From Phycisphaerales bacterium (GTDB lineage: Bacteria; Planctomycetota; Phycisphaerae; Phycisphaerales; UBA1924), in NCBI GenBank assembly GCA_965227775.1, contig OZ245777.1, positions 2,304,001 through 2,368,000 on the forward strand: a stretch of 64,000 nucleotides of DNA, written 5' to 3'. The notes beneath the pieces were generated by a model. It was not told where the DNA came from and ran no database searches. It saw only the letters and a list, made by a program, of their open reading frames with translations. Positions within the stretch are counted from its first letter, which is position 1. The number at the start of each line of letters is the position of its first letter. Shown in pieces: positions 17,816-27,743 of the stretch. Made by a program: the position numbers and the translations under genes.

Positions 17816-19579
17816 ATGCCCAGCATCACCATCAACGGCACGACCGTCGACTTCGAGCCCGGCCAGACCATCCTGCAGGTGGCCAATGCCAACGACGTCG
17901 AGATTCCCTTCTACTGCTACCACGACGCCCTGAGCCGCCCGGCCCAGTGCCGCATCTGTTTGGGCGAGATCTGGGCGCCCAACCCGCGAAACGAGAACAA
18001 GCTCGAGCCCGTCGCGGGCGGTAAGCTCCAACCCACCTGCACCACCCCGGCCGGCGACGGCATGGTGGTCTACACCGATAGCCCCAAGGCCGTGGCCAAC
18101 CAGAAGGCCGTCATGGAGTACCTGCTCATCAACCACCCGCTGGATTGCCCGGTGTGCGATCAGAGCGGCGAGTGCTTCCTGCAGGACTACAGCTACGAGT
18201 ACGGCCGCGGCGTTTCGCGATTCCAGGAGCAGAAGGTCAAGCAGGCCAAGAAGGACCTGGGCCCGCACGTGTGGCTCTACGCCGACCGCTGCATCATGTG
18301 CACCCGCTGCGTGCGCTTCGATAAGGAAATCGCCGGCGCGGGCGAACTGATGATCGGCGGCCGCGGCAATCGCAGCGAGATCGACGTCTTCCCCGGCAAG
18401 GCGCTCGACAACGAGCTCTCGGGCAACGTCGTCGACCTCTGCCCCGTCGGCGCGCTGCTGGACAAGGACTTCCTCTTCGCGCAGCGCGTGTGGTTCCTCA
18501 AGAAGACGGCCAGCATCGACGGCATCACCGCCAGCGGCGACAACATCTCCATCGAGCACAACGAGGGCAAGATCTACCGCGTCAAGCCTCGCGAGAACCA
18601 GCAGGTCAACAAGCACTGGATCACCGACGAGGTGCGCTACGGCTGGAAGTTCGTGCACAGCTCCGATCGCCTCGAGGAGCCCCAGGCCCGCCGATACGGC
18701 GCGTTGGTCGAGGCCGAATGGCCCCGTGCGTATCGCGCGGCGCTCGATGGCATCCAGGCGGCCATGGACAAGGGCGGGCGCCTTGCGGTACTCGTGAGCC
18801 CGATGCTGCCGTGCGAGGAGGCGTTCGCGCTCGCCACGCTCGCCAAGTCGCTCGACGATCAGGCCATCTTCGCGGTCGGCCCCGTGCCCACCAGGGGCGA
18901 GGACAAGGCGTTCCCGCCCACCAAGTCCGTGGACGACGAAGACGCATTCGTCATGGTCGCCGAGAAGGCCCCGAACGCCCGTGGTGTCCGTCGTGTGTTG
19001 AAGGCCGTGAGCGGCGCGGCGCCGGTCGAGTTCCACGAGTTCCTCGGCGCCATCAAGAACGCCGGGGCGCTACTGCTGACGGGCAACTACCCCAGCGACT
19101 GGGCCCCGACGGAGCTGGCCGACGCGGCGAACGACCGATTTACCGTGCTCGTCGACACGCTGCCCAGCCGCCTGATCGACGCGAGTGACGTGGTGCTGCC
19201 TGGGGCAACCTGGGCCGAGAAGGCCGGCACGTTCGAAAACCACCGCGGCCTGCTCCAGGCATTCGACGCGGCCATCCCGCCGTTGGCCCGTACCGAGGGC
19301 CAGATTGCCCACGACCTGCTGGCCGCAAGCGGAGTCGATGCGTTCATCGCAGAACGGCCCGAGTCGCACTTCCGCCGCCCCGATGTCGCGGTCGTCGACG
19401 ATGGGCCGGGACAGGTGCCCCAAGCCACCGAGGTCGAGCTTCCTCGCGGCCTGCTCTTCGATGCCATCAGCGTGCGCGCACGAATGGCAGAAGCGGGCAT
19501 GGGCGAATTCGCCACGGACGTCTCGATGCCGCCAAAGTCTGACAAGAAGTCCGGCGACATGCGCGTCGTCGAGCTCTGA
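17816..19579 (+). CDS. nuoG: NADH-quinone oxidoreductase subunit G-like (2Fe-2S/4Fe-4S) protein
   Basis: IPFYCYH..CRIC, NHPLDCPVCDQSGEC.LQD, RCIMCTRCVRF, GNVVDLCPVGAL, DVVLPGATWAEKAGTF. Confidence 0.9.
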   Translation: MPSITINGTTVDFEPGQTILQVANANDVEIPFYCYHDALSRPAQCRICLGEIWAPNPRNENKLEPVAGGKLQPTCTTPAGDGMVVYTDSPKAVANQKAVMEYLLINHPLDCPVCDQSGECFLQDYSYEYGRGVSRFQEQKVKQAKKDLGPHVWLYADRCIMCTRCVRFDKEIAGAGELMIGGRGNRSEIDVFPGKALDNELSGNVVDLCPVGALLDKDFLFAQRVWFLKKTASIDGITASGDNISIEHNEGKIYRVKPRENQQVNKHWITDEVRYGWKFVHSSDRLEEPQARRYGALVEAEWPRAYRAALDGIQAAMDKGGRLAVLVSPMLPCEEAFALATLAKSLDDQAIFAVGPVPTRGEDKAFPPTKSVDDEDAFVMVAEKAPNARGVRRVLKAVSGAAPVEFHEFLGAIKNAGALLLTGNYPSDWAPTELADAANDRFTVLVDTLPSRLIDASDVVLPGATWAEKAGTFENHRGLLQAFDAAIPPLARTEGQIAHDLLAASGVDAFIAERPESHFRRPDVAVVDDGPGQVPQATEVELPRGLLFDAISVRARMAEAGMGEFATDVSMPPKSDKKSGDMRVVEL

Positions 19580-19585
19580 ACAGGC

Positions 19586-20164
19586 CTAAGCCGCGCCCAG
19601 CTTCACCCGCAGCCACGCCAGCGCCATCTTGACGTCGTTGTTGACCGTCCGCGGCGAGACCCCAACGAACTGGGCGATCTCCTCGATGCTGCGCTGGCCA
19701 AAGAACTTGAGCTCCATGATCCGGCTCTGGCGAGCGTCAAGCTTCTCGAGTTCCTGGAGAGCCTCGTGTAGCGCGAGCACGTCCAGTTGGCCCTGTCCCT
19801 CCGGTTCTCCGAGGGCTCCCATGGTCTCGATATCGACGCGCCCGTGCCCGCCCCCGCGCTTGGCGGCGTTGCGTGCGCGGGCGTGATCGACGAGGATCTG
19901 CCGGATCGCGCGGGCAGCGTACCCAAAAAACTGCGACCGGCCTTCCCAGTCGATGCTGGCCGAGCCCACCAGGCGCATGAACGCCTCGTCAGCCAGGACC
20001 GTCGGCTGGAGCGTGTGCTCCCGACGTTCCTTGGCCATCGCACGCTCGGCGATCTGGCGAAGCTCCTCCAGCACGAGCGGCGCGAGCTCTTCCCGCGCGG
20101 CCTCGTCGCCCTTGCCGGCGTCTTGCAGCAGCTTCGTGATGCCCGTCGCGTCGCCTGCTTCCAT
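19586..20164 (-). CDS. ECF sigma factor, TIGR02999 (kinase-associated) type
   Basis: HTLQPTVLADEAFMRL, RQILVDHARAR.AAKRGG, C-terminal HTH ending ALAWL. Confidence 0.92.
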   Translation of the reverse strand: MEAGDATGITKLLQDAGKGDEAAREELAPLVLEELRQIAERAMAKERREHTLQPTVLADEAFMRLVGSASIDWEGRSQFFGYAARAIRQILVDHARARNAAKRGGGHGRVDIETMGALGEPEGQGQLDVLALHEALQELEKLDARQSRIMELKFFGQRSIEEIAQFVGVSPRTVNNDVKMALAWLRVKLGAA

Positions 20165-20261
20165 CGAGCCTTCCCCCGGGCCGCCACAGTCGCTGGCGGG
20201 CTATCTTCGTGTGCAGGGTAGCCGAGCCTCGTTTGTTCGTTGGCAACGCGGGAGGCCGTCC

Positions 20262-22979
20262 ATGGATCGACAGACCTACGCCCGGGCGCGCGACCACTTC
20301 TTCAGGCTCCAGGACATGGCACCGGCCGACCGCGCGGCAGCGCTCGAGGCGCTCCTTGCCGACGAGCCCGAGATCGGGCGATACGTCTCCGAGTTGCTGG
20401 ATGCGGAGCTGCCTGACTCCGACGACCTGTTCGAGAACGCCATCAAGCAGGGCATGGCCGACAAGGTCCGCGATCTCTCCGCATCGCTCGACCTGCCCGC
20501 TGGCCAGCGCATCAACGCGCTGACGATCGAACGGCGCCTGGACGGCGGCGGTTTCGGCGACGTGTACCTGGCCCGGCAGGATGGCGCCGACCGGATGGTC
20601 GCGATCAAGATCATCAAGGCGGGCATGGATACCGCGCGCGTGCTGCGGCGCTTCGAGTACGAGAAGCGGATGCTGGCGGCGCTCGAACACCCCAACATCG
20701 CGAGGCTCTACGACGCAGGGCATACGCCCCAGCAGCTCGGCTCCCGGCCCTACTTTGTGATGGAGTTCGTTGATGGTCCGCGAATCACAACGTACTGCCA
20801 CGGTGAAGGCCTCACCGTCCGCGAGCGTGTCGGCGTCTTTATTGACGCGTGCAAGGCGGTGCAGCACGCGCACAACAAGGGCATCATCCATCGAGATCTA
20901 AAGCCCTCGAACATCCTGGTCGCTCGCGAAGATGGGGCTCCCGTGCCCAAGGTCATCGACTTTGGCATTGCGAAGGCACTCGATGATCGCTACGCCGCAC
21001 AGACGCGGCAAACGCTCGAGGGCCAGGTCATCGGCACGCTCGACTACATGAGCCCCGAGCAGGCCGACGGCAGCGGCGACGCGGACATCCGCACGGACGT
21101 GTACGCGCTCGGCGTGGTGCTGTACGAGCTCCTGACGGGGATGCTCCCGTTCGACGCGCACAAGCTTGCCGACCTGAGCACGACCGACGCCTATCGCATC
21201 ATCCGGGAGGTTGAACCGAAGAAGCCGAGCTCGCGCGTCCTCCAGGCCGACCCGCCGAGCGCTCGCATTGCGGACGGGCGTTTCTTGAAGGAAGACCTCG
21301 ACTGGATCACGCAGAAGTGCCTCGCGAAAGAGCCAGGACGCCGCTACCAGACCGTGGGCGACCTGGTCGAGGACCTGGACAATTTCCTTGCCGGACTGCC
21401 AGTGAAGGCCGATGCGCCGCCCGCGACGTACAAGCTGCGAAAGTACCTGAGGCGAAATTGGCTGCCGGTGGCAACGGCTGCGCTGTTCATCATCAGTGCC
21501 GGCATCGCGCTGGCGATCTACGTCGGGCTCGTAGTCCGGGAGGCCAGCACGCGCGTCGAGCGAGATGAGTATCAGTCGAAGGTCGTGCAGCTCGAGGAGA
21601 CGAACACCCGCCTCGAAGACTCCGAAGCGCAGACACGCGAGGCCAATAGCCGGCTGCAGAGCCGCAACGCCGAGCTCGCCGCGACGCAAACGGAGCTCGA
21701 GTCGAAGAACGAACAGCTCGAACGGCAATCGATCGCCCTCCAAGAAGCCGTCGACGAGACGACACGGCTTGCCGAACAAGAGCGGCAGGCCAAGGAACAG
21801 GCCCAACAGGCCCGCGAGGCGCTCGTTCTCGCAAACGCAGACCTAACCGATGCGCTCGCGGCGCTGGACGCCTCATTCGGTGAGACACAGGAAGCCCGTG
21901 AGCGTGCCGAGGCTGCGCTCGTGCAGGCCGAAGAGAACGCCCGGCTGGCCGCGGCGGAAGCGGCCCGGGCCGATGCCGAGGCAGCCAATTTCAAACGCCT
22001 CTTCGATGAGGCAGAGGCTTCCATCAAGGTCATCACCCAGGGCAACCGCATTCCCAGCGAGGTGCTTCGTGAGGTCGCCGGGGCGCTCGATTCGGAGGGC
22101 CTTCTCCAGGCCCAGATCTACGAGCACTTGGCGCAGCGCGCCGCTGCAGACGCCAACTGGCGCGAAGCGATCGATCTCCAAGAGCAGGCCCTCGCCGCGT
22201 TCGTTGGCTCCCTCGGCTCGGACGACCGCGCGACGCTGCGAGCAAGGCTCGGGCTCGCGGCGTACCTGCAGCGCGCCGAGCGACAGTCACGGGCCGAAGA
22301 GCAACTCGACGTGCTCGGGATCGCCGCCGACCGAAGCCTCGACCCAGAGGACGCGTTGCGGACCGAGATCGATCTCGCCCGAGGATTCTCCAGCTTCTAC
22401 CGCGGCGACTTTGATGAGGCGCTCACGCTGCTGGACGCGGCTGCCGCCGACCTCGAGCGTCGGTACGGCCCGTTCGACCCGCGCACGCTCGGCGCCGTCC
22501 GGAGGCGGGCCATGGCGCACGCCGCGCTCGGCAACGTGGCGCAAGCCGAGGCGGACTACCGGCGCGTGCTGACGCTTAACGATGCGACGACCGACGAAGG
22601 GCGCGAGGACCTGGCCATCGCTGCCAACAACCTCGCCGTGCTCCTGAGGCAGTCCGATCGCAACAGTGAGGCAGAGGCCGTGCTCGGCCGAGCGGTCCGG
22701 ACCGCTCGTGGCGTGTGGGGCGTATCCAACTGGCGAACGGCGATGGTCGAGGCCCAGCACGCCAGCGCGCTCGCCGCGACGGGCCGCTTCGACCGAGCCG
22801 AGACGAAGCTGCTGGACGCCTACGACGTGCTCGAAGCGACCCTCGGGGCGCAGCATAGAGAAACGCGGGCGATTGCTCGCGAGTTGTTCCTGCTGTACCA
22901 GACCTGGGATGCCGCCGAAGGCACGACGAGGCACGCGAGCGAGGCGGCGCGGTGGCAGCGTGTGCTGACGCTCCGCTGA
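20262..22979 (+). CDS. Membrane Ser/Thr protein kinase with coiled coil and TPR-like C-terminus
   Basis: GGAGG RBS; GGGFGDVY, VAIK, HRDLKPSN, DFG, GTLDYMSPEQ; one TM helix, then E/Q/A-rich heptads and TPR-like repeats. Confidence 0.93.
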   Translation: MDRQTYARARDHFFRLQDMAPADRAAALEALLADEPEIGRYVSELLDAELPDSDDLFENAIKQGMADKVRDLSASLDLPAGQRINALTIERRLDGGGFGDVYLARQDGADRMVAIKIIKAGMDTARVLRRFEYEKRMLAALEHPNIARLYDAGHTPQQLGSRPYFVMEFVDGPRITTYCHGEGLTVRERVGVFIDACKAVQHAHNKGIIHRDLKPSNILVAREDGAPVPKVIDFGIAKALDDRYAAQTRQTLEGQVIGTLDYMSPEQADGSGDADIRTDVYALGVVLYELLTGMLPFDAHKLADLSTTDAYRIIREVEPKKPSSRVLQADPPSARIADGRFLKEDLDWITQKCLAKEPGRRYQTVGDLVEDLDNFLAGLPVKADAPPATYKLRKYLRRNWLPVATAALFIISAGIALAIYVGLVVREASTRVERDEYQSKVVQLEETNTRLEDSEAQTREANSRLQSRNAELAATQTELESKNEQLERQSIALQEAVDETTRLAEQERQAKEQAQQAREALVLANADLTDALAALDASFGETQEARERAEAALVQAEENARLAAAEAARADAEAANFKRLFDEAEASIKVITQGNRIPSEVLREVAGALDSEGLLQAQIYEHLAQRAAADANWREAIDLQEQALAAFVGSLGSDDRATLRARLGLAAYLQRAERQSRAEEQLDVLGIAADRSLDPEDALRTEIDLARGFSSFYRGDFDEALTLLDAAAADLERRYGPFDPRTLGAVRRRAMAHAALGNVAQAEADYRRVLTLNDATTDEGREDLAIAANNLAVLLRQSDRNSEAEAVLGRAVRTARGVWGVSNWRTAMVEAQHASALAATGRFDRAETKLLDAYDVLEATLGAQHRETRAIARELFLLYQTWDAAEGTTRHASEAARWQRVLTLR

Positions 22980-23006
22980 CCGGCTCGCTTCCGAATCACG
23001 TTCCGC

Positions 23007-23783
23007 TCAGCTCTCGTCGGCCTTGGCCAGCTTCCACTCCTCGATCTCGATGGGCGCCTGGCGGCCGAAGATCGTGACGAGCACGCGCACGAGGCCCTTG
23101 TCGGGCAGCAACTCGTCCACCGTGCCCTCGTAGCCCTCGAAGGGGCCTTCCTTGATCGTCACGTGCTCGCCCTTGACGAAGTTCATGCGAACCTCGGGCT
23201 CCTCGTCGGGGGCGCGGCTGGACATCTGGATCTTCTCGACTTCGTGAAGCTCGAGCGGCGTCGGCCGCGGGGTGCCCACGAAGTCGCCCACGCCCGTCGT
23301 CTCCTTGATCAGGAAGAAGACGTCCTGCGGGATTCGGCCGTCGTCCTCAAGCTTCATCTCGACGAACACGTAGCCGGGGTAGAGCTTGGTCTCGGTGATC
23401 TTGATCTTGCCGTTCTTGAACGTGCGGCTCTTCTCGGTGGGCACCAGGATGCGGCCGACAAAGTCGGTCTTGTGCTCGATCTGGACCTTCCGCAGCAGCG
23501 TGTCGCGGACCGAACTCTCCTTGTTCGAAGCGACCCGCAGCGCAAACCAACTCATGCCGGGCTGCACGATGGGCTCGTCGGGCTCGGTGGCTGCTGCGTC
23601 GTCGCTCGGTGCCTCGCTCGCAGTCTCGGGCGTAGCGGCCGCCGGTTCCGGGGCGGGCTCTGGCTTCGCCTCTGCCTGCGCCTCGGCGGTTGCTTCGGTG
23701 GCAGAGGCGGTCGCCTCTTGCTCGGTGGGGCTGGTGGAAGGGCTGCTCTCGCCGGCCTTGGTCGTCTGCTCGCCTTCGGTCAT
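23007..23783 (-). CDS. nusG: Transcription termination/antitermination factor NusG with acidic N-terminal extension
   Basis: WFALRVASNKE, LYPGYVFVEM, KOW GEHVTIKEGPFEG, VTIFGR; GGAG RBS before ATG 23783. Confidence 0.96.
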   Translation of the reverse strand: MTEGEQTTKAGESSPSTSPTEQEATASATEATAEAQAEAKPEPAPEPAAATPETASEAPSDDAAATEPDEPIVQPGMSWFALRVASNKESSVRDTLLRKVQIEHKTDFVGRILVPTEKSRTFKNGKIKITETKLYPGYVFVEMKLEDDGRIPQDVFFLIKETTGVGDFVGTPRPTPLELHEVEKIQMSSRAPDEEPEVRMNFVKGEHVTIKEGPFEGYEGTVDELLPDKGLVRVLVTIFGRQAPIEIEEWKLAKADES

Positions 23784-23941
23784 CGTGCACGCTCCAGAGA
23801 ATGACAGCGGCCGCGGACACGCTCCACGCGGTCCACGGCCGATACAGGATAGTTTAGGCCCGCCCCAGAGCAAGTCGAGCGGAGCGGTTCGGCAACGAAC
23901 GAGCGAGTGTGCGGCCGGAGGGCCGCTACGGAGCGCTCAGA

Positions 23942-24616
23942 CTAGATATCCAGCACGCCGATGGTCTTGAAGAAGAACTGGAAGATAAAGTCGAACCCGA
24001 ACAGGTAGAGGCCCAGCAGGGCCGATGCCCCGATGACCACCCACGTCGAGTTGATGACGTCCTTGCGGGTCGACCAGTTTACCTTGCGCATCTCGCCGTC
24101 GGTGGCGATGAGGAAGTCGACCGAGCCCTTCTTGATGGCGACAAAGTAGACGATGACCGTGGCGCCCAGCAGCACCATGAGCACGACCATGCCGCCCTGC
24201 ACGTAGATCCGCTCGATCACCGGGACGCCGCGCACGCCGCCGCCCGAGATTGTGGCGATCTGGCCGCCCTGGGCCCGGAGGGCCTGGATCTGCGACCGCT
24301 GGGCCTCGCCTTGGAGTTGCCAATCGACAACCGTGAGCACGCCGCCGTCGCTGCTGGCTTCTACCGTCTCGACGGTGGCGGTGCCGATCACCGGGCGATC
24401 GCTCAGGCCGGCCTCGCCGAGCAGTTCGACCTGTTGGCCGACCGCGAACTCGGTCGACGACCCATAGCTGGTGATCCAGGCGCGATCGGGAAGAGGGATG
24501 AGGAGCGCCTGGCCGTACAGCCAAGCCGCCGCAGCGAGCACCAGCACACCACCGAAAACGGCGGTGAGCGTCCGGGTCCAATAGCCCTGCCCGGGCTTGT
24601 AGATCGCAAAGGCCAT
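23942..24616 (-). CDS. secE: Preprotein translocase subunit SecE with large insertion
   Basis: N-terminal YKPGQGYWTR; C-terminal DFLIATDGEMRKVNWSTRKDVINSTWVV; lies between tRNA-Trp and nusG. Confidence 0.92.
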   Translation of the reverse strand: MAFAIYKPGQGYWTRTLTAVFGGVLVLAAAAWLYGQALLIPLPDRAWITSYGSSTEFAVGQQVELLGEAGLSDRPVIGTATVETVEASSDGGVLTVVDWQLQGEAQRSQIQALRAQGGQIATISGGGVRGVPVIERIYVQGGMVVLMVLLGATVIVYFVAIKKGSVDFLIATDGEMRKVNWSTRKDVINSTWVVIGASALLGLYLFGFDFIFQFFFKTIGVLDI

Positions 24617-24661
24617 CGTGACTCCAAGCGTATCGAATCCGCCCCGGTTCGGCCGGGGCAA

Positions 24662-24734
<73 letters not shown>

Positions 24735-24855
24735 TCGGGATTTCATCCCCACCAGGGCCCTTCCCTGCCGGGCCCTAATGATTGGCGCACTCCACGCAAC
24801 AAGCGAGCCCGCACCGGGCCCAACCGACCCCGATCCTGCCGGTACAGTTCACCCG

Positions 24856-25683
24856 ATGACCAGCCCCGCCCAGACCGAATCCGAGTCCGCCCAGAACGAG
24901 GCACACGCCCAGCCGAGCGAGGGTGTGCCAAACCCATACGCCGACAGGCCAACCGTCGCTGAGCTCAAGAAGGTCCGCAAGGTCTACTACAAGCCCGATG
25001 GCTCGGTCATGGTCGAGGCGCTGCGCGGCGTCGACATCACGGTGCACCAGGGCGAGTACGTGGCCATCATGGGCGCCTCGGGCTCGGGCAAGAGCACGCT
25101 GATGAACATCCTGGGCTGCCTCGATCAGCCGACCGACGGGCAGTACCTACTCGCCGGCAAGGACATCAACGAGATGGACGACGAGTCCCTCAGCCAGTTC
25201 CGTGGGCGCACCATCGGCTTCGTGTTCCAGGCGTTCAACCTCATCCCCCAGCTCACCGTCGAGGACAACGTCGCCGTGCCGCTGTTCTACCAGGGCATCG
25301 ACCCGGCCGAACGACGCGAGCGCGCCATCGAGAAGCTATCACTCGTCGGCCTGGGCGAGCGACTCGGCCACCGTCCGCGTGAACTCTCCGGCGGCCAGCA
25401 GCAGCGTGTGGCCATCGCTCGCTCGCTCATCGCCGAACCCAAGGTGCTGATGGCCGACGAGCCCACCGGCAACCTCGACTCGCGCACGGGCGAAGAGATC
25501 CTGACACTCTTCGAGAAGCTCCACGCCGGCGGCATGAGCATCCTAATGGTCACCCACGACGACTCGGTCGCCGACCGCTGCGAGCGCGTGATCCGCCTCA
25601 AGGACGGCGTGGTCGAGTGGGACCGGCGGCTGCGAACGAGAGCCCCGGCGTCCGAACCGAGCGCTCCCGAGCCACTAGGCTGA
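24856..25683 (+). CDS. ABC transporter ATP-binding protein (LolD/MacB-like), no adjacent permease
   Basis: Walker A GASGSGKST, GFVFQAFNL, LSGGQQQRVAIAR, ADEPTGNLD, VTHD. Confidence 0.93.
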   Translation: MTSPAQTESESAQNEAHAQPSEGVPNPYADRPTVAELKKVRKVYYKPDGSVMVEALRGVDITVHQGEYVAIMGASGSGKSTLMNILGCLDQPTDGQYLLAGKDINEMDDESLSQFRGRTIGFVFQAFNLIPQLTVEDNVAVPLFYQGIDPAERRERAIEKLSLVGLGERLGHRPRELSGGQQQRVAIARSLIAEPKVLMADEPTGNLDSRTGEEILTLFEKLHAGGMSILMVTHDDSVADRCERVIRLKDGVVEWDRRLRTRAPASEPSAPEPLG

Positions 25684-25736
25684 GCCCGCAAAGCTCAAGA
25701 GAATCTCGCGGTCGTGGGGCTCGTGAAGGGGACGCC

Positions 25737-26312
25737 ATGCGATCGACACGCGACTTCCGTTCGATCGTCCTCCTGCTGGCCCTCATCGCAGTCCCGGCCG
25801 CGTTTGGCGGCTTCACGTACATGTTCATCCGGGCCTGGGCGTTCATCCTGGACATGGAGATGTGGCGGACGCTGCTTCTGATCGCCATGTTTGGCATCGT
25901 CCCCGCGTTGATCGCCAGCACGATCTTGATCGCTCTAGCCGAGATCGGCCGGTGGGCACGGTTCATGATCTGGAGGCGCCGCGTGGATGGCGCTCGCTGC
26001 TGGCACTGTCGCTATCCGCGACAGGACGTTCAGCCAGCGTCGTGCCCCGAGTGCGGCACGAATCCCTCACCCCTGCCCGAGTACCGCTATCCACCGATCC
26101 GGGAAGTAGCCTCGGTTGTGTTGCTCGGCGTGGCCGCGGTCGTGCTCGTGGGGCTGCTCGTCGATCTGTACTTCTCGACCGAAGACCTGCGATTCATCGA
26201 GGAAGTCCGTCGCCAAGGCGGTCACTCTGCGCACTACCGCGATCGCGCCTGGCCCAACCAGGGGTTCGGCTTGGTCTACAACCCGCCGTACGGCTTCCAC
26301 GTGAACGACTGA
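25737..26312 (+). CDS. Membrane protein with CxxC..CPECG zinc ribbon
   Basis: Three hydrophobic segments; CWHCRY...CPECG. Confidence 0.75.
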   Translation: MRSTRDFRSIVLLLALIAVPAAFGGFTYMFIRAWAFILDMEMWRTLLLIAMFGIVPALIASTILIALAEIGRWARFMIWRRRVDGARCWHCRYPRQDVQPASCPECGTNPSPLPEYRYPPIREVASVVLLGVAAVVLVGLLVDLYFSTEDLRFIEEVRRQGGHSAHYRDRAWPNQGFGLVYNPPYGFHVND

Positions 26313-26330
26313 TCGATCCAATACTCACCC

Positions 26331-26720
26331 ATGCTCGCGTGGATTTCCCGGTTCCGACGCTGCCGCCGCGCAGGGGTAAAGGTCACCTTCAGCCAGCTGC
26401 TAGCCATGTGGCTGAGGCGGATCCGTGCCGCTAAGGTGCTTGAAGCCGTGGCGATCGCGAACGAGGCAGGCGTTGAGTTTCCCGTTGATCACGCCGAGAC
26501 CTGCTACTTGGCGGGCTCGCGGCCGATCGAGCAAGCGAAGGCTGCCGTGCTCCTGGCGGCCCGGGGTGAGCCGGTGGACCTGATGTCGATCATGGCCTGC
26601 GACATCTGCCACTACGACGTCATCAAGCTCGCGAAGGACGGCTGGGACCTTACCGAGGTCGTTGGGGCGACCGATGGGCCAGGGGACGAGTATCGCGTCC
26701 AGAGGCCGACCGACGGATAA
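26331..26720 (+). CDS. Stand-alone FloA/YqfA (flotillin-like) N-terminal-domain homolog
   Basis: AGVKVTFSQLLAMWLRR...EAG...ETCYLAG pattern resembles the FloA family N-terminal half; only 129 aa. Confidence 0.6.
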   Translation: MLAWISRFRRCRRAGVKVTFSQLLAMWLRRIRAAKVLEAVAIANEAGVEFPVDHAETCYLAGSRPIEQAKAAVLLAARGEPVDLMSIMACDICHYDVIKLAKDGWDLTEVVGATDGPGDEYRVQRPTDG

Positions 26721-26762
26721 CCCTCCGAGCCGGCGGGCTTCCTGCTTCCTAGAATCGTTCCA

Positions 26763-27233
26763 ATGTCGGACGCCGCACACACCTCTGAGTCTTCAACAGA
26801 AGGCGACCACCGCACCCTCTTTGCGGCCCACGGTCTGCGATGCACCCGGCAGCGCCAGGTGGTGTACGCCGCCCTGGCGAGCACGCGAGAACACCCGACG
26901 GCCGAGACGATCTATGAGAGCGTCCGCGAGGAGCACGGCGAGGCGGGCATCTCGCTGGCGACGGTCTACAACACGCTCGAGACGCTCAGCCAGCGCGGCC
27001 TGTGCCGCAAGCTGGCCACTCCCGGCGGGCCCACTCGCTTCGACGCCATCACCGATGAGCACGCCCACGTGGTCTCGCCCGACGGCTCGATGCTCGACCT
27101 TCCCGACGACCTGAGCGCCCGCATCATGGCCGGCGTCCGCGATCCGGACTTAATCGCTGAGATCGAGAAGCGCCTCGGTGTCACGGTGGGGCGGATCAGT
27201 GTCCACTTGTCGGCGCAGCGGGCGGCGGAGTAG
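26763..27233 (+). CDS. Fur-family transcriptional regulator (PerR-like)
   Basis: GLRCTRQR, EHPTAE, ISLATVYNTL, RFD...HAH. Confidence 0.92.
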   Translation: MSDAAHTSESSTEGDHRTLFAAHGLRCTRQRQVVYAALASTREHPTAETIYESVREEHGEAGISLATVYNTLETLSQRGLCRKLATPGGPTRFDAITDEHAHVVSPDGSMLDLPDDLSARIMAGVRDPDLIAEIEKRLGVTVGRISVHLSAQRAAE

Positions 27234-27272
27234 ATCGACCCGCTTCCATGTGCGGTCCTGCGGGGCAACGCG

Positions 27273-27722
27273 ATGCTTGGAATGGCCACTTTTCGCGACG
27301 ACTCCGGCACGGTGCGACGATTTTCGAACCGACAGCCTCGGAAGGTGGGCAAGGCTCTCGGGCTGAGTCAGGACCAGGTCCGAATCGCCTGCAAGCCTCT
27401 TCGCGAGCCGATCTCGTTGCAGGTTGCCATGGTGATTGGCTTTCTCGGCGTATTTACAGTGACCCACCTGATGCTCCGTCGCATCGGATTATCTCCGATC
27501 GTGCATGGCCTGATCATCCTGTCGATGCCGTACGCCTTCATCATAGTGATGTTGTACACCGTTATGCCAGTGTGGCACCGGGCGTGCAGAGAAAGCAAAC
27601 TGAACATGGTCGTGTGCCCATCTTGCGACTACGACTTGGCCTCGGCACTCCGAGATATGGAGGGCCGCCTCGTGTGTAGCGAGTGCGGTTCGGTATGGAC
27701 TTTGTCGTCGCAAGATCGGTAA
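27273..27722 (+). CDS. Membrane protein with C-terminal zinc ribbon
   Basis: Two TM segments, then CPSCDYDL...CSECG; visibly lower GC than neighbours. Confidence 0.7.
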   Translation: MLGMATFRDDSGTVRRFSNRQPRKVGKALGLSQDQVRIACKPLREPISLQVAMVIGFLGVFTVTHLMLRRIGLSPIVHGLIILSMPYAFIIVMLYTVMPVWHRACRESKLNMVVCPSCDYDLASALRDMEGRLVCSECGSVWTLSSQDR

Positions 27723-27743
27723 TTTTTTTTCGGCGGCAGCCGA

